From: Anthoceros angustus
Lineage: Eukaryota > Plantae > Anthocerotophyta
DNA: 64,000 nt
Assembly: GCA_010909165.1 (NCBI GenBank)
Contig: MU008170.1
Coordinates: 1,674,001-1,738,000 of the forward strand
Reading direction: 5' to 3'
Part shown: piece after piece, positions 1 to 16,187 of the stretch
How the letters are laid out: each line of letters begins with the position of its first letter
How positions within the stretch are numbered: the stretch's first letter is position 1
Translations under genes and position numbers: made by a program
Notes under the pieces: model-generated
What the model was told of the DNA's origin: nothing
The model's database searches: none
What the model saw: the letters and a program-made list of their open reading frames with translations, nothing else

Positions 1-58
1 AATGGGATCGGATGGGAAGGAGAAGAATGTGGCTCATTTCTGTGCTGTTGCTGGGCAG

Positions 59-2838
<2,780 letters not shown>

Positions 2839-3340
2839 CTGCCTTCTGCCATTCTTGGTGCTGCTTCGGCGGCCACAATTCGTTTTTCCCTTCCCTCTTA
2901 TTTCCTGTCTCTCAAAATCATGTGAGGCTATTTGTTACAGCTCTCATACACGTATCTTGAGAGTCACTTGCTTCGCCCATCGTACCCGCTTGTTCTCCAA
3001 TCCCTTAAAGATATCCCCACGACTGATTCTCCAGCGAATCGCAAACATCCACTCTGCACACATGGCGTAGCCTAATTGGCTTATCGAATCCTTAGGCGAC
3101 GAGCCTGAAACTACCGCAGTTTCACGAGTCACAGCATCCCCTTCCAAGGAAGCCGAAGGCTGGTAGCTACGACGGGGAATTTTATCACCGTTCTTCGTTC
3201 TCAAAATAAGTTCGCGCTGGGACGTTTGCTGTGCACGAATGTCTTCTGTGCGAATTCCGTGTGTGAAATCCAGTCTGATGGAGTAGGCCGGTGCAACATT
3301 CTGATCCCATCATACTGGTCTGAGCAAGCAGAAGGGAGCC

Positions 3341-5775
3341 ATGGAAGTGGCGGCGTTGTCTGCAGCTCCCTGCTCGATCACCTCGTCGCCAGCTTGTTCC
3401 TCCTCCTCTCCTTCTCCTTCTTCGTCTTCGTGTTTGGCCCCCGCTTCTCTGAGCTGGAAGAGCGGGGTATCGTCGTCCTCTTCGTGGCGGCAGATTTATC
3501 CTACATTGCAGAGGAAGGCTGCGTATCGCGCCAGACTGAATGTCACAGCCAAGCAGGCAACAGTGTCGCCTCCTGCGAGTACGGACAATGTAGAGGAGAC
3601 AGGCGTGTACGACTGCGTGGTTGTGGGAGGAGGGATCTCTGGGCTCTGTACCGCCCAGGCCCTGCTCACCAGGCACGCGAGCGTGGTGGGGAATTTGCTG
3701 GTCACCGAGGCCAAGGATCGGGTTGGAGGGAACATCACGACGGTGACGGGAGATGGGTACCTGTGGGAGGAGGGGCCCAACAGCTTCCAGCCTAATGACT
3801 CCATGCTGGCTATGGCGGTGCGTTTCTGTGTCAAAGGTATTCGTTGCTTTGATTTTCTTGTTTTGCATGCTCATGGTTGTAGGATTCGTTCTCTGGTGTC
3901 AGGTGGACAGCGGGCTCAAAGACGAGCTGGTGCTTGGAGACCCTGACGCGCCCCGCTTCGTGCTGTGGGGGGGGAAGCTGAGACCCGTCCCTGCAGGTCC
4001 AGGGGATCTGCCGTTCTTCGACCTGTTGTCCATCTTCGGGAAGCTTCGTGCGGGGTTTGGGGCTTTGGGGCTCAGACCTGCTCCTCCGGTATGGTCATCT
4101 TGTTCTTCCCTGTTTGTGTTTGTGGACAGAATGAATGTGCATGATGTTGTGGTGTTTGGTGCTAAGCATTTTGTGGAAAATCCGTGTTCTTCGGGTGCAG
4201 GGGTATGAGGAAACAATCGAGCAGTTCGTGCGAAGAAATCTTGGGGATGAGGTGTTCGAGAGATTAATAGAGCCTTTCTGCTCAGGTGCTGCAATGTTAT
4301 TTTGTAATGTTGCTGCTGGCTTCGTGGAGACCTTGAGATGTAACTCTCGCTGTGAATACAGGTGTGTATGCTGGCGATCCTGCGAAGTTGAGCATGAAAG
4401 CAGCATTTGGGAAAGTCTGGAGGCTTGAGGAATTAGGAGGCAGCATCATAGGGGGAACTATCAAGCTCCTGCAAGAGAAGAATAAGAACCCCCCTCCTCC
4501 TCGGGACCCGTGAGTAGCACCTCCAGCTCCGTGTTTTCTCCATTTCCATGGACAGAGTAGAGTCTCGTCTAATCTGTGCTCATTGAATTCTGCTGCAGGC
4601 GGTTACCAAAGCCGAAAGGTCAAACTGTAGGATCGTTCCGTCAAGGGCTTATAACTCTGCCCAACGCCATTGCCTCCATGTGAGTTGACTTGTTCAGAGA
4701 CGGCTCATTTCATTGTGCAACAGTTGATCATGCCGGTGGAATGGTGGTTCATCTAACAGAATGATTCCAGACTAGGAGATAAGGTCAAGACGAGCTGGAA
4801 GCTTGTCGCAATACAGAAGAACTCTGAGGAGCTCTTCGAGCTTACATACGAGACTCCCCAAGGCCGCAAGTCCTTGTCAAGCAGAACGTTGGTGCTGACT
4901 GTGCCTTCTTACATCGCCAGCGAGATCCTCCGTCCATTATCGGTAAGGTCCATGTCCTTGGTGAGTGGGCACTTGGCTTGTCACAGCCCATACTCGTCTT
5001 CTCCCTCTCACGTCCTATGTTGCAGGAAGAGGCTGGAGCGGCACTAGACCGATTCTACTACCCACCTGTGGCAGCCGTCACAATCTCCTATCCGAAATCA
5101 GCCATCAAGGAAGACAGACTAGTTGACGGCCAGTTGAAGGGCTTCGGCCAACTACACCCGCGAAGCCAAGGCATCCAGACTCTCGGTAAGAGACAAGTCA
5201 CCATTGCTGGATACTGTGTACGACCAGCACATCTGTACTGTGCTCCAGAACGTGCTGCTCACACGTTTGTGATCTGCTTCAGGCACCATATACAGCTCCT
5301 CCCTATTCCCTGGGCGGGCACCAGAAGAGCGTGTGATGTTGCTGAACTACATCGGAGGAGCCACATTCACAGACATCACTGAGAAGGTGCAACTAACTAC
5401 CTTCTCCACCAAGCTGAGTGGATGAATTTGTGTGAATGAACGTCTGATGAGGCTTGTGTTGGTCGCGGCATGCAGAGTCAAGATGAGATTGTTGCTATTG
5501 TGGACAAAGACGTGCGGACGATGCTGGTGAAGGACGATGCCCCTGCACCCCTTGTCCATGGCGTTAGGGTTTGGCCGCGAGCCATCCCTCAGTTTAACAT
5601 CGGTCACCTCGACACGGTCGAAGAAGCACGACGCAGCCTCAAAGAGGCCGGCCTGGATGGCCTGTTTCTGGGAGGGAATTACGTGGCCGGCGTGGCGCTT
5701 GGTCGATGTGTAGAAGGCGCGTACGAGAGTGCTGCAGTTATTTCGGAGCATCTCTCCCAAGTTTTGGCCGTTTAG
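3341..5775 (+). CDS. PPO1: Protoporphyrinogen IX oxidase 1 (plastid, HemY-type), multi-exon
   Basis: A Ser-rich transit peptide is followed by [25 protein letters not shown]...[64 protein letters not shown] and [22 protein letters not shown]. Stop at 5775. Confidence 0.97.
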
Positions 5776-6149
5776 GATTCTCCAAAGAAGATGGCTGATA
5801 GGAAAATCAATCTAGAGCAATTTCATATACCTATAACCAAACAAGTCACAGACAAGGAAGGCTTCACTGACAGTTTTGGACAACCTGAAACTTGTACAGC
5901 TGGGTCGCCGGTTTACAGACAGATTGCACGACTCAACCAAAACACACTCTGTTCCTACATTTTACGATGTAAAGAATTGAAGCACAATGGAAGAGACACC
6001 TGGAAGTGTAATCTCCTGGTTCCAACTCCAGCCAGATCGAAACCCTCCATTCTCCTGAAACAAACACCGAAGAAGAAGAAGAAGAACATTGGCTTATAGC
6101 AGGCAGCTTCACACCTACACATATGTTACAGAGTCGTAGGTAGACCCGA

Positions 6150-7516
6150 CTACTCGGCAGGCTCCTCTTGGGGTTTTAGAGCCTTCACGAGAAAGGCACC
6201 ACCGACATACAGTCCTATGAGGGGTCCGGCTAGGAGAACTTGTGTTAAAGGATCTGTGGATGGGGTCAGAACGGCTGCAGCTATCACCGCACCAACGACC
6301 ACGTATCTCCAGATGGACAGCATCTGATCGCCTGTAACCAAGCCAGTTTGTCCTAATAGCAACTGAATCACAGGTACCTGCAAAGCAAGAAAGCCAGAGT
6401 GATTACTTGAGGTTCGAACGTCCAACGCAAAGCAAAGCAATTAGATCATGCGTAGTAGCATGCAGGTACCTGAAATGCTATTCCCGTACTGAACATCAGC
6501 AGCAGCACAAACTCAAAGTATTGGTCGATGGACCAGAAGGATTCAACAACTCCTTCGGAAAAGGCGACGAAGAAATTTAGGGCTGCGGGAGTCAGCACCG
6601 AGTAGGAGAAGAAGAGACCAAAATAGAAGAGAATAGATGAGCCCAGGACGATAGGCCCCAGGAATCTCCTCTCGTTGCGGGTCAATCCTGGGAGAACAAA
6701 AGCAATAATCTCGTACAGAATAATTGGGCTCCCAAGGAGGAGGCCACTGTAGCCAGAAACCTGCAAGCGGGCAATCATCCAGACGGTCAGTCAGCTCTTT
6801 CGTTTTTGAAGTGAAAGTGAGGACGAAGAACTTCCCAACAGCCCATTTACCTTCAAAGTCGTAAAAAAGAATTCACCAGGAGAGAGCTGGAGGAAGCGGA
6901 CACCCTGGTTGTAGACCGGAGCCTCCAGAAACACTATGAGCTCTTTCGAGTAGGCAAAACACAAACAAATAGCTGCCCCAACAGCTCCTACCGACACCAC
7001 AATCCTGTCCCGCAGCTCGTCCAAATGATCAAACAAGGTCATCTCCTTGTCATCTGGCAGCTCCTCCTTACTGGGATACAGCCAGGTGGACAAATCCGGC
7101 CCTTCACGCTCGGATTGTTGCTCACTCCGAACCGGTACACCCTTCTCTGTCAGCGGTGAAAGCAAGGGTTAGCTCTGCTCATGCGACGGGCCGTGCGCAC
7201 AACCAGAAGCTGACGAGAGAGGCATGCACACACCAGAAGGCGAGCTCCTGTCCTCCACAGCCGATCCCCCCCACTTGCCGTCATCACCCTCGGCCAGGAC
7301 GCGCCAGCTCCCCTTTCGCCGGTCCCCTCCCAGAAAAAACCTGGAGCTCCGCAAAGAGGCAGCCGAGGTCTTGGCACTCAATTGGGCCTTACCCCACAAT
7401 TCCCTGCCGCTCCCCCTGCAAGATAGAGCGGGTGGAAGCAGCGGTGCTCCCCTGCAGCAGCTGCTGGCTGGCGGACATTGATACAACATGTGCGAAGCCC
7501 TGGCCATAGCTGTCAT
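6150..7516 (-). CDS. TATC: Chloroplast twin-arginine translocase subunit TatC (cpTatC), about 4 exons
   Basis: Transit-peptide exon, then [76 protein letters not shown] and [19 protein letters not shown]. Confidence 0.97.
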
Positions 7517-7954
7517 GGACCCAACTCCAGAATCCTACTCACACCCGAAAATGCGAGCAAGAGTGAAGCAGCTGCAGAAAACCCAGCACTTTCACCTGCT
7601 CCAAGTTCCACCCAAAAGGCACGCCATCTCCGCTCTCCCTCGATCCTGAGCCAAGGACTTGTCCCACTGCTGCAAATCCAATCCCAGCGATGCCCACAAC
7701 CCTGAACAGAAAGTGCAGGATTCCTGCCTCCTGCAACCCAACACACACACTCGCAGTATCGAGCACAGATTTGCGAAAGCGAGGGAGCTCTCAGACTTCA
7801 CTGAAACGGAACCTCGTCCCACGTCATGACTCCACGAGCCAGCGGCAGGAGGCGCACACATCTTCCAGGTCAATCCCTTTCATCTCGCGTATTTAGTTTA
7901 GTATTAAAGTGGTTTTTTAAAAACTGGGTTTCCTCTCAGAGAACCACAAGAAAG

Positions 7955-10792
7955 TTACGCACTTGATGGAGGAGCAGACAGCCATGCCTTCCATTGCATG
8001 ACGTTGTGGACAACCCGATCAACTTGGGCCAGTATCATGTCTCTTTCACAGGCGAGGAGCCGTTTCCCGCATGTGACATAAAATTTGTCAGGATGCCACC
8101 GGAGAAGGGCAGTTCTCAGCTTGCGTTTCTGCACTTCAGGAGTGTCACCGCGCAGCAAGAACAGCGGGTTGCCGGCTGGAGGCCAAGGTATGTCTAAGCA
8201 ATTAAGTGGACTGTCGTTCGAAGGACTTCGTAGTTGAGCCCAGCGGTCCTCGTACTGCGGGTAATTCCAGCCTCGGATCTCGTCCGGAATTGCATCTGGG
8301 CAGAACACAATTAGAAGGTGAGGACGGCTGGCAATCGAGGTGGTATGGCATGGTATGCTAATACCCCAAGCAGGAAAGGCTACACGATGAGGAACGAGAT
8401 TCAATAGGAGATAGAGATTTGACTCACAAAATTGAGGCGGACAAGTAGGTTTTTGCAATTGGCGCATGTACTCCTCTCGTTTCTTTTGCATCTTGGTTTC
8501 TTCTGCCTTTCTCTTCTGTTGACAGGAGACCTTCCGAACATCAGATGGATAACGAGGAATTCACTAATCGTGCTCTCCATCGAGCAAGGATGGTTGATTG
8601 CGGGTGCGAAATGCTTCACTTTGGCCGGATACTGACCTGCTCTTCCTTACATCTCTTCAACTCCTCCCTTTTCTGCGCTTTTTCCTTGCTGGCTGCCAAC
8701 TTGGCTGCTTCCTTCTCAAGGCGCACCTGCTTAAGCTCTTCAGCCTTTTTCGGCTGCTTCTTTCCCTGTGCTGTCGTTCTTCCAGTCTCTTGGGGATCCT
8801 GTCAAGCACACGCAAGAAACTTAGAAATACCATTTACACTATTAGCTAACTTCCACAGCCTGCAGCCTACAGGGTTCAGAGTTAACGTTGATCAGGTATG
8901 TTCTGAAAGCAAGTGCAAGAGTGCCCATTCGGGACAAGCTACATAGCTATGGATGGCACTTGCAGATCAAGTTGCACCTGACAAGCCACAAGCTATGGAT
9001 GGCACTTGGAGATCAGGTTGCCTAAATAATCTACAAGTTATGGATGAATCACGCTGCCAAAATAGTCAAGCAGTTACAGATGGTTACTTGGAAGTTGTGG
9101 TTGATTTGACACACATCGGACTCTCATCGTATTTTCTGACTACTAAGATGGCGCCGGGGTCCAGCCCCAATACTATACCAGAACTTTGTTAGAAACAAGG
9201 TTGCCATGGAGAGCTGGAAGGCACCTTCACATGTCTGAAGGGGAGAAAGAGTGGTGACGAACCTGTGGAGCAGGGTGGATGTCGTCGTGTTGTGCCTCGC
9301 CATTGCTATCTACACAGTGCTGTTCGTCGAGGCGTCTCTGTGCGTCGTCTTCCCTTCGTAGCCCATCCAGTCGCTTTCGGAGGTCTTCACATTTTCGGAG
9401 TAGTTCCTTCTCAGCTCGGGTGAGGACGTCCTCAGTCTTCCGAGTCCAGCACCTCGCTTCGAAAACCGTCGGCGAGAATCCAGAACTCGAGTTCTTCAGT
9501 TTCATCTGCTCATCGACTTGCCTTTGCCTCCGCCTTTCTTCCTCCTGTTTCTGCCTCTCCTCCTCCTCCATCGCTGAAATACGTGCCGCCTCCCTCTTCT
9601 TCCTGTCTTCCTCCTCCTTCATCGATGCAATTCGTGCACAAGCCTCCGCCTCCCTCTTCTGCCTCTCCCCCTCCTCCTTCATCGCTGCAATACGTGCACT
9701 AGCCTCCGCCTCCCTCTTCTTCCTCTCTTCCTCCTCCTTCATCGCTGCAATACGGGCACAAGCCTCCGCCTCCCTCTGCTTTCTCTCTTCCTCCTCCTTC
9801 ACCGCTGCACGCGCACTAGCCTCCGCCTCCCGCCTCTTCCTCTCTTCCTCCCCCTTCATCGCTGCTATACGCGCGTTAGCCTCCGCCTCCCGCTTCTTCC
9901 TCTCGTCCTCCTGCTTCATCGCTGCAATACGCGCACTAGCCTCCACCTCCGTCTTCTTCCTCTCTTCCTCCTCCGTCATTGCTGCAATACGTACACTAGC
10001 CTCCTCCTCCCTCTTCCTATCTTCCTCCTTGGCAACCTCGTCAGCAAGTTCTCTATCCATCTCCTCGTATCGGACCTCTTCGTCACACATTCTCTTGTCC
10101 TCCACGGGCTTCCGGATCTGTTCCATCGTCACCTTTGTCTTCCGCAGCTTGACCGCAATTTCATCGTTTTCTTCCCCATTCCCTCGACTACGCTTCTTAG
10201 CTACCCGCGACATCGCTGCGCTTTTGCATCCACCACAACAGATAGCAGCACCGAGGCCCTTATCTGCGAGCCTGTCAGAGACAAACATAAAGAATTTTGC
10301 AAGCTCCTCCTTGTCCCCAGCAGTGACGATGATTGTCAAGCCCTTCGTAGTCACCCTGCCCTGGCCTGCAAGCCGCAACCAGAATTTGGTGAAAATTGCC
10401 GGTCCATCGCATCAGATCCCGCAACCACGGCAGCAACAGAAACAGCAGCACAGCAGCATTAACACCAGCAGAGACACCTCCGCCTTACCTCGCAGAAGAT
10501 ACTTAGTATGCAGCTCCGTAATGTCTGACAACGGGATCGCACATTGGTGCTTACTGCTGCTCCCTTGCTTGCACTCGAAGAGGACCACCAGCGGGCAGTC
10601 GGCGATGATCCGAGGCGCATGCTGCCTGAGGGAAGAAGTGGTGAACTCCTGCGGCCGCTCGAGCACCACAACGTGGTTCCGCTTAGGACCCGCCCGCTGG
10701 CCTGCCCGCTCTACCAGGGCCTCCACCTGAAAACAGGCCAATTGCACCCCCTCCATATCCACGCCAAACACGAAGCTAGCTGGGGTCTTCAT
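7955..10792 (-). CDS. Multi-exon protein: unassigned N-terminal globular domain, long charged coiled coil with 20-aa repeats, and NFKBIL1-like C-terminal domain with a J-domain-like HPD motif
   Basis: Putative exon 1 is 10792-~10490 (MKTPASFVF...TKYLLR|gtaagg). The large exon ~10366-9262 has repeats EEERKKREAEASARIAAMK. Lys/Glu-rich exons lie at ~8810-8640 and ~8540-8430. The last exon reads YEDRWAQL...DIPWP...KRKLRTALLRWHPDKF, which matches the NFKBIL1-type W..DIPWP...LRWHPDKF signature. The full exon chain is inferred. Confidence 0.7.
9480..10060 (-). repeat. Coding minisatellite, ~60 bp (20 aa) unit, about 8 copies
   Basis: Recurring ctagcctccgcctccctcttcttcctctcttcctcctccttcatcgctgcaata on the + strand, in frame within the 9227-10378 ORF. 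Confidence 0.9.
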
Positions 10793-11036
10793 CTTCTTCA
10801 ACCTGCTGCTTTCACCCTGGTCGTGGAAGTGTCTTCTGCGTGACTGCTCCCCACTCCAGCCCACCCCCGAGTGTGTTTCACCCGGGTCGTCTTCCCACTC
10901 CAGCCCTCCCCACTCCAAGTTTCCAAGTTGAGTGTACCCGTTGCTGCGCAACAAGATGTACAATTCAAACCTTTTAATGGAAGCGGTGAAGCGCGAAACC
11001 AAACCTGGCACATGCAAGTTATCACTATCTCTTCTA

Positions 11037-11108
11037 TTTATCGATATCAACACAAGGAGTTATTTATCGATATCAACACAAGGAGTTATTTATCGATATC
11101 AACACAAG
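11037..11108. repeat. Short tandem repeat, ~26 bp unit, nearly 3 copies
   Basis: tatttatcgatatcaacacaaggagt is repeated. Confidence 0.9.
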
Positions 11109-11288
11109 TGAGAGATCTATCTTTTAACACGATCCCAGGGGTCAGAGCAAAAAAAAAAAAGTAACTAAGTTCCATAGCTAAAACGATAACTAATCGAATG
11201 ATCTACTTACGTCCGAAGTCATTTAGGATATCTCTTATTGTTATCTATATCTGTGGATGCATCTCTAACTCTCATCGTAATATGTGTC

Positions 11289-11402
11289 TATGATGTCGCA
11301 ACCAAGAAAATAGAGGGCTGAAGAAGATATTACCTGCCTTCACTTTATGATGTCGCAACCAAGAAAATAGAGGGCTGAAGAAGATATTACCTGCCTTCAC
11401 TT
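11289..11402. repeat. Exact direct duplication of ~57 bp
   Basis: tatgatgtcgcaaccaagaaaatagagggctgaagaagatattacctgccttcactt occurs twice. Confidence 0.9.
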
Positions 11403-11579
11403 CTCTCTTTCGTTTTTTGTCTCCGTCATGCAGTCTCGGAGCTTTACATCTGTCCTACTTGCTTTGCCCAACTCTGGGAAACCAACATGCCCAATCATAA
11501 TAGGAACGATTACAAAATAATCAAGAAAAAACTATCAAACTAGAGGAGGGAACTATGGGGATTTAGAGGGATATATGTA

Positions 11580-12560
11580 CACCTAAAGTGTGTAAACACT
11601 AAAGATGTATATATATCAAGGGAAGGTGAGAAAGGAACCAAACGAGAAGCCAAAGAAGATTCAAGCTATTGTGCTCACAAGGAAGGTGGCTCTTCAAAGG
11701 GAAAGAAAAAAAGTAAGGAAGTCCGATATAAGAGGGATAAAACTAGACCTAAACTGTGTAAACACTAAAGGTGTATATACATCAAGGGAAGGGGAGAAAG
11801 GAGCCAAACAAGAAGCCAAAGAAGACCCAAGCTGTTGTGCTCACGAGGAAGGATGCCTCTCTAAAGGGAAAGAAAAAAGTAAGGAAGTCCGGCATAAAAG
11901 GAATAAACGTAAATTGTGTAAACACCAAAGGTGTATTCATATCAAGGGAAGGGGAGAAAGAAGCCAAACGAGAAGCGAAATAAGACCCAAGCTGTTGTGC
12001 TCATGAGGAAGGATGGCTCTCCAAAGAAAAAGAAAAAAGTAAGAAAGTCCGGCATAAGAGGGATAAAACTAGACCTGAACTGTGTAAACAATAAAGGTGT
12101 ATATATATATCAAGGGAAGGGGAGAAAGGAGCCAAACGAGAAGCCAAAGAAGATACAAGATGTTGTGCTCACGAGGAACGATGGCTCCCCAAAGGCAAAG
12201 AAAAAAGTAAGAAAGTCCGGCATAAGAGGGATAAAACTAGACCTGAACTGTGTAAACAATAAAGGTGTATATATATATCAAGGGAAGGGGAGAAAGGAGC
12301 CAAACGAGAAGCCAAAGAAGATACAAGATGTTGTGCTCACGAGGAACGATGGCTCCCCAAAGGCAAAGAAAAAAGTAAGGAAGTCCGGCATAAGGGGGAT
12401 AAATATATATCTAAATTATGAAACACTAAAGGTGTATATAAATCAAGCGAAGGGGAGAAGAGGGGAGCCAAACAGGAAGCCGAAGAAGATCCAGGCTGTT
12501 GTGCTCAAGAGAAAGGTGGCCTCCCGAATGGGAAGACAAAAGTAAAGAAGTCTTGCATAA
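11580..12560. repeat. Purine-rich satellite-like tandem repeat, 160-168 bp unit, about 5.7 copies
   Basis: The anchor tgtgtaaaca recurs at 11589, 11755, 11915, 12081, 12249 and ~12417. Confidence 0.92.
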
Positions 12561-13924
12561 GAAGATCACTTTTCACACTAAAAAGAAAACGAGGGGAAGT
12601 AAACAGAATAAAAACATATAGATTACCTAAATAGCATGCAAATTACCTCATCCTTTCTTTCAACTCTAAACATAATAGGTCCATAGGCCTTGTTGTGGGC
12701 TGAATTATGCCCAATGTCTTTAATTGCTATATGAATCTCTATTATCGTAAATAAAAATATAAAAAAATCTTAGCCTTAACCATTTAATTAATTCATTGGA
12801 GAAAAAGGAAATGGAAGAGTGCGCATATTATTACATACCGTTGGGTTGTTGAGGGTGCTATCTCATGTTGTCGAGGGCTTAGGGATGCTCTTTGCAAACA
12901 GGAACAATTATTGTTCTAAGTTTCGCCCTGATCCTCTATGACTCAAAGGCCACTATAAGCCGAAGCGTTCCAAATTTCTGGAATATTCCAAACTTCCAAT
13001 ATTTTTAATTATTTTTATAATAGAAAAATTTTGTAATTTTGTAATTTCGTAATTTTTAAACCCAAGTGCACAGATTATTGTCACGCGGCATGACAATTCT
13101 ATCCAATGTAGGTCAGATCATTAGCTTCCTGTACGGCCTTAAATTGTAGTGTTTGTAGCTTACTACACCATTTTGACATTACTATGGGTTCTTATTCTAC
13201 TACAGTTCATTTTACAACGGACTTCATTCTACAACCATGATGGTTCACTTTACAATGGCACCCTCTACAATGGCACATATTTTACCATATCCTACTTTAC
13301 AACGAACTTTATTCACAATGCACATTGGATTTGTTAACTGAGTTACCTAACTCAAATTCACATATGGTTATCAAAACCACGATAACATAACCATGAGTTA
13401 ATTAATCCTAGTGTATTAATCATGATTAGTGTTATCATAAAAACCTTGGTAAAAGCATCATAGTGGATGTTGTAAAGTCTTACCAATATATGGTGTACTT
13501 GGTTAAGGTATAGCATATATATGGACTATACCATGTATAAATATATCATATATACCAAAGGGTCGCTTACTACGGACACAAATAGAGGGTGCTTATTACG
13601 TGTACATCAAAGTCGTAGTAAAAGCCATTGTAATGTCTGCCATAGCACAAGAGAGGCATCCTTTGGTCTCCTCATAATTTAGGGTACCTATAGGTACCTT
13701 GTGTTTCATATTGGCATGTTTAGCTATTACGAAAGTGTTTGACAATGTTGGTGAGTCTAGTAACATGATAGCTCTATTAGCAAGATAGCTAGTAGAGCAT
13801 GTCACGGGAGCCCTTCATCTCTACAAGGCTCTGCAACATACAATTGCATTGTCCTGAGCAAGGCTTGATATATGTAGTTTCTACCTAGCTGCTTTTTTAT
13901 AACAAGCTATTGTACGTCTTGAGG

Positions 13925-14045
13925 AGGCGTGCTTGACGCGTGCTTGATTTGAGGTCATGAAGAGGCGTGCTTGATTTGAAGTCATGGGACGTCGTGCTTG
14001 CTTTGAGCTCATGAGGAGTCGACGTACTTGATTCCAACTCATAAA
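13925..14045. repeat. Degenerate ~25-30 bp tandem repeat
   Basis: gaggcgtgcttgatttgaggtcatg-like units, about 4 copies. Confidence 0.65.
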
Positions 14046-14948
14046 GAGCTGTTGCTAATACAGTGGCTCACATTATCCTGTTGCAGAGCTAGATTGATCT
14101 TCCCCTACTCTGGAAGTAGTAGGTAGCAAAGGAAGATCATCCGCTCATCCGAGAAGATGCGCGCCCAAGGAAAAACGAGTCTAAGTACTTGTTAGTGTGC
14201 TTGAATAGTGAAAGCTTAGTTTTTTCTTCTGATAATTTCAAAATGCCTAGTGCTATGTTTTTGCCTATCACCACAATTTCGATAAGTAGTTGTTAGAATA
14301 GAAGGAGGGCATGAAGATATCGCCTGACATCCAACAATTGTGGCAATTTGTTTGGACAAAATAATATTACCCCCTTAAGGATTACTTCAGACAACCGCTA
14401 CGGGTTGGCATGCTATCATGAGGTAGTATGGAGCCATGACTAGCTCGCTGCTCTCACACAAGGATTTCATCAAGTATAGCTCCATAGGACTCTTATAATA
14501 GGTGCCCCCACATGGGGACAAAGGCATGATATCTTTTTCGTAACAGGCGTCTCTGCACACTATGGGAATGAGAGCATAATTTTTTGTAAAAGGCAGGACC
14601 ATGAAACTAGAGATAAGTGACACCCCATTCAAGAATTAATTTTTCCGAAGGCCACTTAATTGTAGAATTCCGATGAACTCACTTATGGATGTGACTCCTT
14701 CAAGGACTTGAAGGTCCTTTAACTCTTCACATCAAGATTAGATACATTAAGATTACCACTCTGCAATAAAAATATTACAAAATTGGTATTTTCAAAAACA
14801 TTAACTACTACCTATTCACCTTGGCTTGGGGTCTATTGGAGATCTCTAGAAGAAACGTATCTAAGGCTGACCCTACCTCTTGCAAAGATGGGCCCATGGC
14901 TAAGTAGCTAAGTGTAGAATATGTATTCTTTGTTTACAAAAATCGAGA

Positions 14949-15330
14949 TTTTATTGAGGTAGAAAAACGATGGGAAAAGCCCATCTAGGAGGGGACAACC
15001 AAAGGGGACCAGGGGGTCGAGGTGAAGAGGAGCAACTAAGCTCCCTACCTAAAGTCACCCATCGCACCCACAATGTCATATGCAGGAAGAATAAACGGCC
15101 TGCAAACCACGGAGGTAGAGGAAGATGCGTCACCTACTGTTGCCGCCTTGTGGAGGATCGCCGTTGAGAGCGCCCGTTGAAGGGCAATGGAACATAGGGC
15201 TATGTAAAGCCATCAGCAAATTAATGAGTCCTAGGGAGATGAGCTGCTGGAGGACTATAAGAGAGTCCTTCATTTCTATAAACAATAGGCCTTCCAATGT
15301 AACACAGGGCATAGCCCTCGGCATCCAAAC
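14949..15330 (-). mobile_element. 3' remnant of a CRE-clade non-LTR retrotransposon
   Basis: The minus strand encodes IALQRALSTAILHKAATVG (end of the RLE domain). Its 3' UTR is highly similar to 25933-26160 and ends gatgggcttttcccatc...aataaaa. Confidence 0.75.
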
Positions 15331-16187
15331 TCCTTTCTCTTGTGCAGATTCCGTTTGTTTGTGAATGCTAACAAATAGGGCTGAGAAGCCTGCTCCCTTC
15401 TCATCTCTCCCTTCTCATCTCTCGTTATTGTTGTGCCTCACAGGATGGTGTTGACACAAACTGTTTTCTAACATCCTGTTGCTACGAGGCCCAACCACTA
15501 TTGTGTTGTGCGCTTATCGTTACTGCTGACTTATGGCTAAGCATCGATATGTGCATAGACCCTTTTTCATTGCTTATCAGATGGTGTTGTAGGACTGTTA
15601 CTTGAGAAGATTGCTGCTAACCCAAACTATCATTCCCCACCTTTACCAGCAGCTTGAAGCCTGTCATGGAGAAGCCTGTCATGGACACTGGATCACTGTT
15701 AACTCTGTCCCCATGACACTGGGTCAGTGTTCACTCTGCCCTGTACGTGTGTATGCACTAGCTGACCCCAGGGCCTGCAGAGCACCCCATCTACCCCAAG
15801 TTTCACCAGGTCCTCTAGAGGGTTGTTCCCATCGCCCCAATGTAGATGGGACTTCCCAATCTCTGCATATTTTTTAAGTCTCCACGTTCCCACCTATTCG
15901 ACAGATCTGTAGTAGGTAGTGTCAGGACCGGAGGCCCATCCCGTAATGAACGTCGAGGAGTGACGCCTGGCCTACCCACTGTCAATGTATTATATATTAC
16001 GGCCGAATTTTGGTGGAAATGTCGTAGGAACTTTGTGTTAGCTCGTTTCCCCGCCATCGCCTGATTTGGTAAGGCCATTCTGTTCGCAGCGAGATGGATG
16101 ACAGCCCAAAGTCCCCAGCAGTTGACTAGTGCCTTCAGCCGTTAGAGCTTTCCAGGCAGGGCGACCTAGTCCCTCGCCGAGCAGAGC

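Noticed and set aside
9279-10730. 483-aa Ser-rich + strand ORF
   Set aside because: It is the antisense shadow of the Glu/Lys/Arg-rich coiled-coil exon; the stop-free reverse frame is explained by codon composition.
14387-14632. 81-aa minus-strand ORF in the AT-rich interval
   Set aside because: No recognisable motif in any frame, so it cannot be assigned.
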